DNA of 64,000 bases from an uncultured Spirochaetaceae bacterium (GTDB taxonomy: Bacteria; Spirochaetota; Spirochaetia; Sphaerochaetales; Sphaerochaetaceae): NCBI GenBank assembly GCA_944389975.1, contig CALXOH010000006.1, positions 113,177 through 177,176 of the forward strand, in the 5' to 3' direction. The position numbers were made by a program, and so were the translations under genes. This document shows, piece by piece, positions 38,115 through 46,788 of this stretch (within the stretch, counting starts at the first letter, position 1; every line of letters begins with the position of its first letter). A model generated the notes under the pieces. The model ran no database searches and was not told the DNA's origin. It saw only the letters and a list, made by a program, of their open reading frames with translations.

Positions 38115-39596
38115 TCATTCCTCCAGGATCTTCTCTGCCCTTCTGATCCTCTTTTCAGTCTCTTCCAGCCCCAGTAGCGATATCGAATCGAACAAAGGAA
38201 GCGATACCGTGGAATTGGTTATCGCAACCCTCAATGGCTGGAATACGCCGTTGACTTTCAGCTCCAAAGCCTTTGACAGCTCCACAAGCTCCTCTTCGAT
38301 CGCGCTCTCTTCCTTTCCTCCCTTCAGTCCGGACAGGAGTATCGAAGAGCCTTCGGAGAGCGCTTTCTTCGTCTTCTCAAGATCGGCACCCTTTGCGATG
38401 TACATCTCCCTCTGAACTACCGGCACGTCCTCAAATACGAATGCAGAGAGGGGAACTATATCCGAAAGCACCTTCATCCTCTCTCGAGCGGGCTTCACGA
38501 GCTTTGCAACCAGATCAAGCTCATCCTTGTCGGGGGATTGCGATATGTATCCTGCTTTCTGCAAGAACGGCAACACGAGAACCGCCAGCTCATCTTCAGC
38601 CTTCTCCCTGATGTAGTAGCCGTTGAACCAGTCGAGTTTCTTGTAGTCGAACACAGCAGGGGCCTTGTGTATGTTCTCAAGCTTGAAGCACTTCTCAAGA
38701 TCCTCTCTCGAGAAGAACTCTGTCGAACCGTCAAGGGACCATCCGACGAGGGTTACATAGTTGATTATCGCTTCCGGGAGATACCCTTTCTCCCTGAAAT
38801 CCCTCAGCGAAGTGGAACCATGTCTCTTTGATAGCTTCTGTCCGTCCTTTCCCATGACCATCGGGAGATGGCAATAGGTCGGGATATCCCATCCGAACGC
38901 TTGATACAAAAGCACGTGAAGCGGGCCGGAAGGTATCCATTCCTGTGCGCGCATTATGTGAGTTATGCCCATCAAGTGGTCGTCGATTACGTTTGCAAGG
39001 TGGTACGTCGGAAAGCCATCGCTTTTAAGAAGGATCGGATCCGGGGATATGTCCCTGTTCCGCCTCGTGATGTCTCCCATCAGAACGTCGTGGAACGTAG
39101 TCTTTCCCTCGGTCGGAACGCGAAGCCTGATAACAGGCTTTATCCCCTTCCTCTCGTACTCGGCACGCTCCTCTTCGGTCAAGTTGGCGCAGTGCCTGTC
39201 ATACCCCTGGTACTCGCTCTTTTTCTCTATCTGCTCCTTACGAACGCTTTCAAGCCTCTCGGGGGAGCAATAGCAGTAGTAGGCTTTCCCTTTTTCCACG
39301 AGCTCTTTTGCATACTTCTGGTAAAGCTCTGTCCTTTCAGACTGTATGTACGGGCCGTAAGGTCCGCCTACAACAGGACCTTCATCCCACTTTATTCCAA
39401 GCCATGACAAGGTATCATAGAGATCCTGCAATGACTCATCCGAATACCTCTCCCTGTCCGTGTCCTCTACGCGGAGGATGAACTTACCTCCAGAGGACTT
39501 TGCAAAGAAGTAGTTGAAAAGCGCTGTCCTGACCCCTCCGATGTGTTGCAATCCAGTCGGGGAAGGAGCGTAACGCACGCGAACTGACATCATCAA
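38115..39596 (-). CDS. gltX: Glutamyl-tRNA synthetase
   Basis: It has RYAPSPTGLQHIGGVRTALFN (HIGH) and KLSKR (KMSKS). Confidence 0.95.
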   Translation of the reverse strand: MMMSVRVRYAPSPTGLQHIGGVRTALFNYFFAKSSGGKFILRVEDTDRERYSDESLQDLYDTLSWLGIKWDEGPVVGGPYGPYIQSERTELYQKYAKELVEKGKAYYCYCSPERLESVRKEQIEKKSEYQGYDRHCANLTEEERAEYERKGIKPVIRLRVPTEGKTTFHDVLMGDITRRNRDISPDPILLKSDGFPTYHLANVIDDHLMGITHIMRAQEWIPSGPLHVLLYQAFGWDIPTYCHLPMVMGKDGQKLSKRHGSTSLRDFREKGYLPEAIINYVTLVGWSLDGSTEFFSREDLEKCFKLENIHKAPAVFDYKKLDWFNGYYIREKAEDELAVLVLPFLQKAGYISQSPDKDELDLVAKLVKPARERMKVLSDIVPLSAFVFEDVPVVQREMYIAKGADLEKTKKALSEGSSILLSGLKGGKEESAIEEELVELSKALELKVNGVFQPLRVAITNSTVSLPLFDSISLLGLEETEKRIRRAEKILEE

Positions 39597-39659
39597 ACTC
39601 CTGATAATCTTTGATATCCCTAAGGGACAAGATGTAGTCTACTTTGTTTTCCCTCGAAA

Positions 39660-40502
39660 CTACAAGGCCGGGCGGCCGTCCAAAACCGATGCAATCGAAG
39701 CGATTAGTTCTTTTTCCACATCCCGGCACCTGTCGTACATCAGCAAATGGGTTCCTTCGTCGAAGATCTTTATCCTCACTCTTCCCTTCACCTTCGAAAA
39801 AGTCTCCACAAGACCATCAGGGGGTGCGGTCTCATCCTTCAGGCCGTGGTAGACGTACGTGGGAATCGTAACGCTTTCAAGCACATCAAGCGCCATTTTC
39901 TTCAATCGGGTGAACGCCAAGGCATCGGATGCGTAGAAATGCGACCAGTACTCCCTTCCGAGCACTTCGTCATCCCTCGGAGCGCCCGGGTATGAGAGGT
40001 GGTAGCTATCGTCGCTTTTCCACGGAATTGATCTCTCGTAATCCTCCGTTCCAAGCTTTTCAAGTTCCTCATCGCCGATGCCGAATGAAGTGGAGAATGC
40101 GGGTGCGATTAGAAACTGCATCGAAACTTTCTCATTTGAAGAGAGCAATACCGAGAGAAACGTTCCCATCGAATGGGAAACGAGAACTATGTCCGAATAC
40201 TCCTCCTCAAGTGTCTTGAGTACGTTTCTTGCCAAGCCCAGCCAGTCGTTCTCTTCGGATGAGCGAAAATCATCACCAGAGGTGCCCATCCCGGGAAGGC
40301 GTGGTATGAACACGTCGTAGCCCCGTTCGAAAAAGAGTGGGATCAGGGAATAAAACTCCCCCGGATAACCTGCGTAGCCATGAAGCATCAGGACTGACTT
40401 TCCGCTGTTTTCCTCATGAAGCTTCACTATGTCTTCTGCAGCAGCGACGGGCTTTGCCTTGTCCCCGTATACCCCAAGCCTCCACCTTCCTACATCTACC
40501 AT
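39660..40502 (-). CDS. Alpha/beta hydrolase (esterase/lipase-like)
   Basis: It has SVLMLHGYAGYPGEF (oxyanion region), a nucleophile elbow SHSMGT, and late D/H residues (KDETAPP, GTHLLM). The ATG at 40502 overlaps the upstream stop (ATGGTAG); the track start is 40541. Confidence 0.75.
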   Translation of the reverse strand: MVDVGRWRLGVYGDKAKPVAAAEDIVKLHEENSGKSVLMLHGYAGYPGEFYSLIPLFFERGYDVFIPRLPGMGTSGDDFRSSEENDWLGLARNVLKTLEEEYSDIVLVSHSMGTFLSVLLSSNEKVSMQFLIAPAFSTSFGIGDEELEKLGTEDYERSIPWKSDDSYHLSYPGAPRDDEVLGREYWSHFYASDALAFTRLKKMALDVLESVTIPTYVYHGLKDETAPPDGLVETFSKVKGRVRIKIFDEGTHLLMYDRCRDVEKELIASIASVLDGRPAL

Positions 40503-41407
40503 GACGCCTCCGATAACAAATTCAAAAGATCTATCCTGCAACTTACATTCGTCTTTGAGAATATGTTTGCCATGTGGTTGTTGACCGTGTTTACGCTTAT
40601 CCCGAGAGAGGATGCGATCTCCTTGTTCGTCAGCCCCTTCTTCACGAGCGCTATTATCTCCCTTTCGCGTTCTGTGATATGGTAGCTCTCATATATCCCC
40701 TCGGTTACCTTCTCTTCCTCCTCATCGCTCTTCTTCTCCCTTTTTTCCTTCATGGTCTCCCTGCTGTTTGCAGCAAAGAGGAACACGAGAAGCGTTATGA
40801 AATACGCACACGAGGAGGCGAGTATGACCAGCGTACGGATCGAAGCGATGAAAAGCGACAGAATGAAAAACGGCATGAGGGAAAAGGAGACGATCATCAT
40901 CACCAGTGTCACAAGCCTTATCGTCCTGTCTTTTATCCGGGGAAAGGAACGCCCCATCAGTATCGAGACGTACAGAATCAACGAAAGCATCATCACCAGT
41001 GCCGTAGTCGGAAACCACGGCAACGGGAGGAATATGTTCAGCATCCCTATGCCAAGGAATACCGTTCCGAGGATCGGAAACACCACCTTCTCAGCCTTGC
41101 TCGTAGGACGGGCGATCAGAAAGTTGAAGAAGATCGGGGAGAAGACGAAAAGGAACGCACCTACCATCACGGCCAGGGCCATGCATACCCCCTCGAGTAC
41201 CGAATATACGACCACCCCGGGGAAAAGGTTCAGAAAGGATGCGATGGAAAAGCAGAATATAAGGCCGAAGACGGTGGATGCGAACACCACCAAAGCCTTC
41301 GACCATTTGTAAGAGGCCCTCTCGCTCCATACGATCGCAAGCGCGAGATCCATGGATGAGAGGGTGAGTGCCAGAAGCGATAGAAGGAAGCTTGCTTCCT
41401 CCATCAC
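40496..41407 (-). CDS. Polytopic (about 8 TM) membrane protein with a C-terminal LuxR/GerE-type HTH
   Basis: About 230 aa of hydrophobic helices are followed by ITEREREIIALVKKGLTNKEIASSLGISVNTVNNHMANIFSKT. The start (GTG 41407 or ATG 41404) overlaps the RloB-like stop. Confidence 0.8.
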   Translation of the reverse strand: MMEEASFLLSLLALTLSSMDLALAIVWSERASYKWSKALVVFASTVFGLIFCFSIASFLNLFPGVVVYSVLEGVCMALAVMVGAFLFVFSPIFFNFLIARPTSKAEKVVFPILGTVFLGIGMLNIFLPLPWFPTTALVMMLSLILYVSILMGRSFPRIKDRTIRLVTLVMMIVSFSLMPFFILSLFIASIRTLVILASSCAYFITLLVFLFAANSRETMKEKREKKSDEEEEKVTEGIYESYHITEREREIIALVKKGLTNKEIASSLGISVNTVNNHMANIFSKTNVSCRIDLLNLLSEASW

Positions 41408-42036
41408 TTGAAGACCTTCTGGTTGTGGGACATGTCAGCCTTGCCGCATATCTCGGTGATGTCATCGTCGAAGGAAGGCATGCTCGTCACTTCAAGCCCG
41501 AGGTTGTATTTCTCATTCTCGTTCATCTTCCTTGCAGCAAGATCTGCAAATGCATGGCGCGGGAATAGCATCAAATGGAGGTTGAGCCCCTTTGTGAGGA
41601 GGTACTCGTCGCTCATCTGGAAACCGGGAAGCGCCTTTCTTACGACATCCCTGACTTTCTCCGGATCGCTCTCGTATCCCATGTTGGAATTCAAATGGAG
41701 GGCGAACCAGATCTCGAAACACGGATTGAACCAGCAGAGGTTGACTTTCTTTCTCAGCGCATAATCCGATTTGAACTCATTCACTTCATCAACGTTCGTA
41801 GATACATCGTCGAAGCCGAAAAGAGCCCATACCGTCTGGTACCTTCCCCCGTGCCTGAGGTGTGCAGCCTTGTCAATGAGATCCTTAAGGCTCTTTGCCC
41901 CTGCGTTAACGACGGTGAGGTTCATGTACCTGCAATCCTTCCTCATCTGGGAGAAGTAGACTGCTTCCGCTTTTGTTGCAGTCACCAGAAGGATCGTTCC
42001 CTTTGCTTCTGTTATGTTCTTCTTGCGATTAGGCAT
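41404..42036 (-). CDS. RloB-like (Toprim-related) protein
   Basis: RKKNITEAKGTILLVTATKAEAVYF, VWALFGFDD and LCWFNPCFEIWFALHL follow the RloB pattern (..EG.KTE..YF / VfD.D / SNPcFElWlLlH). The start was trimmed to ATG 42036, which overlaps the ATPase stop by 8 nt. Confidence 0.7.
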   Translation of the reverse strand: MPNRKKNITEAKGTILLVTATKAEAVYFSQMRKDCRYMNLTVVNAGAKSLKDLIDKAAHLRHGGRYQTVWALFGFDDVSTNVDEVNEFKSDYALRKKVNLCWFNPCFEIWFALHLNSNMGYESDPEKVRDVVRKALPGFQMSDEYLLTKGLNLHLMLFPRHAFADLAARKMNENEKYNLGLEVTSMPSFDDDITEICGKADMSHNQKVFK

Positions 42037-43312
42037 TCTCTTCCTCCTTCTCCGTCTTTTCAGATACAGGCGTTCCATCGTGGACGAAATAGAAGTCGCT
42101 CGTCATCGGCAGTGCCCCGAACGCCCCCTGGAGGTACCTTGTGTAGTTGGATACCCTGCTCCTGCCCTTGAAATCCGAAAGCGAGAAATAAACAGTACTC
42201 GATTCGTTGTCCTTCTGGGCAAACCACACTGCATCCTTCCTCAAGAGTCCATCGCGTAGAAGCGACGGGTTGCAATCCACGACCAAGAGCTGGCTGTGTT
42301 TGTTGCAGCTCTCGAATATCTCCACGAGGTGGCATAGCACATCGGGATGCAACAGCTGCCCGAAGTCATCGATCACGAGAACCTTCTCGGATACGAAGCT
42401 TTCGAAGAATGCGATTCCGATCGCCACGAGGCGCCTGAGGGAGAGCGACTCTGCAAGGAATGTATTGGAGTACCCATCGACTTTCTTGTCGTTGACGTAT
42501 ACGTGGGTGAATACGACTTGGCTCGTGCCGTCATCCTTCTTCCTCACCCCGACGCGTCTGATGTCAGTGATATCGAGCGCCCATAGGTAGTTGACGAGCA
42601 TGTCGCCCCAACCCGGATGCCTTGATAAGCTTTCTGCGACGAACTGCTCTGTCTGCGTGCCGACGCCCATCGGGAGGATCGATAGTGTATCAGTGAACCA
42701 CGAATAAAGTTCGCTCGACGTCTCCCCTCCGTTCTCTGCACTTGCCTGGAGGAACGTACGGGTCTCGGGAAGATTCTTCGCAGCCCTCTTCTTCTCGCCT
42801 CTGTAGAGCTTTCCGAAGCGGTAGTCGTAACCCCCGTTCTCCTCATTGAGCTTTCTTTCGAACATGACTTTCCTCGAGCTGTTGACCGTGTAGTAGAGAC
42901 TCTCTTCGTAGATCTTGTCCCTGCTTGCCTTCAAAGTGTACGTGGCGATAACGGTCGGGTTCTCATCATCCCCCACTATCCCTTTCTTCAGGATTACCCT
43001 GATCGAGATCGTCGCGGGCGTTGCCTTGTCTATCCCATATGCGAAAACGGTACCCGAAAGGGATGAAAGAAGTGGATTCTCCACATCCTTGGATGAGGTC
43101 ACTATTCTTTTGAGAACTTCGAGGGCCCTTGTGAACGAACTCTTTCCAGCTCCATTCGGACCAATGATTGCACTGGTCTTGATCAAGTTCAGTTTTTCGT
43201 TGACAGATACGATCTTGTCCGGATCCAGCCTGTTGTCCTTGACTGCCTCGAAACTGATCGTCTGACTCGACTTCACTGACTTGAAGTTCGCGATCGTCAT
43301 GCTTATGAGCAT
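42029..43312 (-). CDS. ABC-type AAA ATPase (AAA_21/AAA_15-like, AbiLi/RloA-like)
   Basis: It has MLISMTIANFKSVK, Walker A GPNGAGKSS, Walker B/D-loop VLVIDDFGQLLHP, and a C-terminal DAVWFAQKD...YLQGAFGALP. The start was trimmed to ATG 43312, 6 nt after AGGAGG. Confidence 0.8.
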   Translation of the reverse strand: MLISMTIANFKSVKSSQTISFEAVKDNRLDPDKIVSVNEKLNLIKTSAIIGPNGAGKSSFTRALEVLKRIVTSSKDVENPLLSSLSGTVFAYGIDKATPATISIRVILKKGIVGDDENPTVIATYTLKASRDKIYEESLYYTVNSSRKVMFERKLNEENGGYDYRFGKLYRGEKKRAAKNLPETRTFLQASAENGGETSSELYSWFTDTLSILPMGVGTQTEQFVAESLSRHPGWGDMLVNYLWALDITDIRRVGVRKKDDGTSQVVFTHVYVNDKKVDGYSNTFLAESLSLRRLVAIGIAFFESFVSEKVLVIDDFGQLLHPDVLCHLVEIFESCNKHSQLLVVDCNPSLLRDGLLRKDAVWFAQKDNESSTVYFSLSDFKGRSRVSNYTRYLQGAFGALPMTSDFYFVHDGTPVSEKTEKEEENA

Positions 43313-43635
43313 CGCCATCCTCCTATAGGTGTATGAATACAAAAGGGCCAAGATATGGTGCAGAAGCATCGGGCTTCCGTAGAGAGGGACCTGGCTAGTA
43401 CAAGCACACGGGCACCATCAAAGACCCTTGGCAAAAGTATATGACGAAATCAAATCAAATACGAATTTTTTATTTATTTTGCAGTTTTCCCTTTTTTGAT
43501 ACCCCGTGGCAGGCAAAAGTTGATGAAAAAACGACAGAATATTATGCATTATTCCTACATTTTTAATACAAAAGTCTTAACAAGAAGATATCAAACAAGA
43601 AAATTTTTCAAAAATAGCCATATAAATATATGGTA

Positions 43636-44730
43636 TTATTCGTCTTCGAGTATCACATCGAGTGCGCTTCCGTACTCCCCATCCCATTTCTCACCGATTC
43701 CTTCAAGCTGTTTACGCGCTTCCTCGTTGCTGTTTTTTATCTCAAGAAGGGTCGAGTAAAGGCCTGCTGCTTCTTCCGAGTAACATTCCTTGTTTACGTT
43801 CGAAAGGATCAGGAGGGCCCCGTCGAGGTCCCCGATGGCGGCAGTGATGAGGCTTGCGTTGTATCCCGAGGGAAGGTGGCCTGATACATTGAATATGCGC
43901 AGGAATTCGTTACGCGCATCTATGTAACGCCCTTCCTCGACCATGCTGTACGCAATCTCTGCGCCCTCAAGCTTCGGTTTGTTGCGCATCAGCGATATGT
44001 CCCTGTACGTCAGAGTCGGCACCAACTCCCTTTCCAGTCTTCCGCTTATCGACGAAATCATATCCCGGAACGTGTAATACGGGTCACTTGTGTACAAAAA
44101 CGGGCCTATCAGGGTGGATTCGTGTCTATCGAGGGGGAATCGGACAGAGCCTATGAGCCTCTCGCTCGATGCATCGACTATGCTCACTGAAAGTACCAGG
44201 TAGCACGTTCTGTCGTAGTGGTACTCGACGTCCCTGACAATCCTCGGTTCTCCGGATGAATTGAATACGCTTCGGGAGGAGCTGTTTGAGTATATGAACT
44301 CCTGGACTGACATCGAATCGACTTTCGGAATCACGATCGCATCAACCCCGTACCATTCAAATAGATCGTTCCTGTTTTCCATCGAAAGGATCCGATCTGT
44401 ATTGTCAGGGAGCATCACAGACTCGAAGTAATTGCTCTCAGAGAGCGTTTTGACCACGGTATCGGTCAAAGCTGACGCAACCCGCCTTGAAAGGGATGAG
44501 TCGTATGAGGAAGGGATATATCCATGGTTCTGCCTCGAAAGGTTGTCCCTTGTGGGGATGTAGCGATCAGGCGAGCGGAAATACCTGTACGGTATGCTCG
44601 AAGCGATAGCTATGTTCCTGTAACTTCCCATGTCGATCCTGCTCGGCTGCCTGTAGCGTATACGCATGGTGGTCGAGCAAGAGGAGATTAGAAGAACCAG
44701 TATGGATAGAAAAACAAAAACCTTCCTCAT
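43636..44730 (-). CDS. Hypothetical lipoprotein with a TPR-like C-terminus
   Basis: It has the signal peptide and lipobox MRKVFVFLSILVLLISSC. I recognised no family. Confidence 0.6.
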   Translation of the reverse strand: MRKVFVFLSILVLLISSCSTTMRIRYRQPSRIDMGSYRNIAIASSIPYRYFRSPDRYIPTRDNLSRQNHGYIPSSYDSSLSRRVASALTDTVVKTLSESNYFESVMLPDNTDRILSMENRNDLFEWYGVDAIVIPKVDSMSVQEFIYSNSSSRSVFNSSGEPRIVRDVEYHYDRTCYLVLSVSIVDASSERLIGSVRFPLDRHESTLIGPFLYTSDPYYTFRDMISSISGRLERELVPTLTYRDISLMRNKPKLEGAEIAYSMVEEGRYIDARNEFLRIFNVSGHLPSGYNASLITAAIGDLDGALLILSNVNKECYSEEAAGLYSTLLEIKNSNEEARKQLEGIGEKWDGEYGSALDVILEDE

Positions 44731-44740
44731 GAAAGCACCC

Positions 44741-45106
44741 TTACATCGTCTCGACTTTCTTCCAAAGCTTCTCGAGGTTGTAGAACTCCCTCATCTCGCT
44801 ACTCATCAGATGAACGACGACATCCCCCAGATCGATCAGTTCCCAACCGTCCGTGCCGGGGTTCTTGTGCCTGTTCTCAACCTTCATCCCAAGTTCGTTG
44901 AAAAGATCCCAGATCTGATGCACCACACCCTTCAAGTGTCCCGTGGAAGTGACTGTTCCGATTACGAACGCATCCGTCCATGAGCACTCCGGAGTCAGGT
45001 CGATTATCTCGACATCAAGGCACCTGTGATCGGTAAGGTATCCTGCTATCTTCTCCGCTTTCTCTTTTATCTCTTCCCTCATCAAAATCTCCTTCGGGAT
45101 TCTCAC
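44741..45106 (-). CDS. rsfS: Ribosome silencing factor RsfS (iojap family)
   Basis: It has DAFVIGTVTSTGHLKGV...WELIDLGDVVVHLM...REFYNLEKLW. Confidence 0.85.
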   Translation of the reverse strand: MRIPKEILMREEIKEKAEKIAGYLTDHRCLDVEIIDLTPECSWTDAFVIGTVTSTGHLKGVVHQIWDLFNELGMKVENRHKNPGTDGWELIDLGDVVVHLMSSEMREFYNLEKLWKKVETM

Positions 45107-45636
45107 TCTCCCGTTTCTTCCGCCCTCTCAAGCCATAGGTGGATGTAAGAGACGGCATCATCATAAGAATATCCATCGGGGAACATTTCCCCGAGTTCGT
45201 AACTACCATAGTGTCGAAGGCCCTTGAACGCGTCAAGGATCTCCCCGTCCGGAAAATCGGGGGAAAGCTCGTCGAGCATGGAAAAGTAGATCGTATCAGC
45301 CAGATCCGTGCCGTACGCTACATACGCATCCACCATGCTCTCCTTCCCCGTTTCGCTCAAGAGAAGCTTCTCCAGCTTCAAAAACCTCTCGCCGTCGGCG
45401 CTCCCTTTCCCACCGCTTCCGAAGAAACTCTCAAGCACATCCTCCACGGAAAGTCCGGAGTCCTTTGAAAACTCAGAAAGAAGGGTTTCAGGCACTTTGA
45501 TCTCAAGCCCTTTATCATCTGCAAGCACATACGCCCTCACTTCGCTTCCGAGATCAAGGTACCATACCCGATCCCCTTCAGAGCACGCTGGAAAAAGAAT
45601 GGATATGGAAAGAAGCAATGCAAAAAACTTTCTCAA
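45103..45636 (-). CDS. Hypothetical lipoprotein
   Basis: It has the lipobox MRKFFALLLSISILFPAC. It overlaps both neighbours by 4 nt. Confidence 0.55.
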   Translation of the reverse strand: MRKFFALLLSISILFPACSEGDRVWYLDLGSEVRAYVLADDKGLEIKVPETLLSEFSKDSGLSVEDVLESFFGSGGKGSADGERFLKLEKLLLSETGKESMVDAYVAYGTDLADTIYFSMLDELSPDFPDGEILDAFKGLRHYGSYELGEMFPDGYSYDDAVSYIHLWLERAEETGE

Positions 45637-46214
45637 GAGAATTCACCTCCTGATTCGAGGAATGCCTCAAGCTCCACTGTGACTTCTGCGTTCTTTCTTC
45701 CTATCGAGAGAAAGTACTCGTCCTGCATCCTCAATACCTTGAGAACAGTCTCCTCCAAGGTCGACGAAGAAAGGATGTCGATGCGCATCTTGCCATCAAG
45801 GTGCGTTCTCAGTGGCTCAGCGTAGTCAGCTACGAACAAGACAGCCCCGAGCTTTCCCATATCCTTCGAGCCAAGCGTATGGAAGCGAACTGCATCCACG
45901 TAGCTTTCGGGTACATCCTCCCCTACGATTCTCCGCATGTTCCACGCAGCGATCGGAGCGTGGAGCAGCACTGGATTCTCCAATTCCTCGGGAAATACTG
46001 GAAACGTGATCTTCCCGCACCCAGCCAACGCTTCCTCGTCCGAGAGGTACCTGTAGTAGTCGTGGAAAAGCCCCGTGACATACCCCGAATTGGGTTCCAG
46101 CGAGTACTTGAGGACCAGGAGCTCCGCAGTCGATGCAACTGAAAGAGAGTGCATGAATCTCTTTTTGGGAAGTTTCTCTTCGACCAACGAAAGAAGGCTT
46201 TTCACGTCAAGCAT
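45633..46214 (-). CDS. yqeK: HD-domain protein YqeK (bis(5'-nucleosyl)-tetraphosphatase-like)
   Basis: It has RFMHSLSVASTA...GLFHDYYR (HD motif) and sits in the conserved position after nadD. Confidence 0.8.
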   Translation of the reverse strand: MLDVKSLLSLVEEKLPKKRFMHSLSVASTAELLVLKYSLEPNSGYVTGLFHDYYRYLSDEEALAGCGKITFPVFPEELENPVLLHAPIAAWNMRRIVGEDVPESYVDAVRFHTLGSKDMGKLGAVLFVADYAEPLRTHLDGKMRIDILSSSTLEETVLKVLRMQDEYFLSIGRKNAEVTVELEAFLESGGEFS

Positions 46215-46788
46215 CGTACAATCCCCTATCACTTACGTATTTCAAAACTCGTGGAGTAAGGAGTGAAAAATCACCATTTCTGACATCCGTGCTCGATGCA
46301 TCTAATACTTCCGACCTGAAAAGGGTTGCATCAAGGCCTTCAGGGACATTCTTCAAACCGTTTCTTGAAAAAACTATGAAATGGACATGTTCTTTCAGGA
46401 ACTGATAGTCATGCCACCTCTCTATCCCATCCAGAAGGTCATCGCCCATGATGAAAGAAATCCTACCCTCCCCACATTCCTTTGAGAGAAAATATCTGAC
46501 GGTATCGGAAGTGTAGGAAATTCCACCACGCTTTTCCTCCACATCCGAAATCAAAAGTTCCGGGCCGTCCCCGTACTCATCCCTGTAGTCGAGGATTGCA
46601 AGTTCAAGCATTTTGTATCGATCTGGAAATGATGCATTCGCCCCGTTTCTCTTGAAGTTCGAAACGAAAGATGGAATGAATATGACGCGCTTTATCCCGG
46701 TAAGGACGAAAGCTTCGTGCACCAGGTGCATGTGGCCGCGGTGCACTGGATCAAACGATCCCCCGAAAAGCGCGGTATCACGCTTCAT
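46207..46788 (-). CDS. nadD: Nicotinate-nucleotide adenylyltransferase
   Basis: It has FGGSFDPVHRGHMHL (HxGH) and ISSTDVR-like SSTDVRNG. The start was trimmed to ATG 46788. Confidence 0.9.
   Translation of the reverse strand: MKRDTALFGGSFDPVHRGHMHLVHEAFVLTGIKRVIFIPSFVSNFKRNGANASFPDRYKMLELAILDYRDEYGDGPELLISDVEEKRGGISYTSDTVRYFLSKECGEGRISFIMGDDLLDGIERWHDYQFLKEHVHFIVFSRNGLKNVPEGLDATLFRSEVLDASSTDVRNGDFSLLTPRVLKYVSDRGLYDA

Noticed and set aside
40574-41359. 261-aa plus-strand ORF
   Set aside because: It is a His/Arg/Lys/Glu-rich low-complexity sequence. It lies antisense to the minus-strand gene, which has clear TM helices and a LuxR HTH.
43496-43759. 87-aa plus-strand ORF in the promoter region of the ATPase operon
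   Set aside because: It runs antisense into the 3' end of the lipoprotein gene. It is a low-complexity translation with no RBS.
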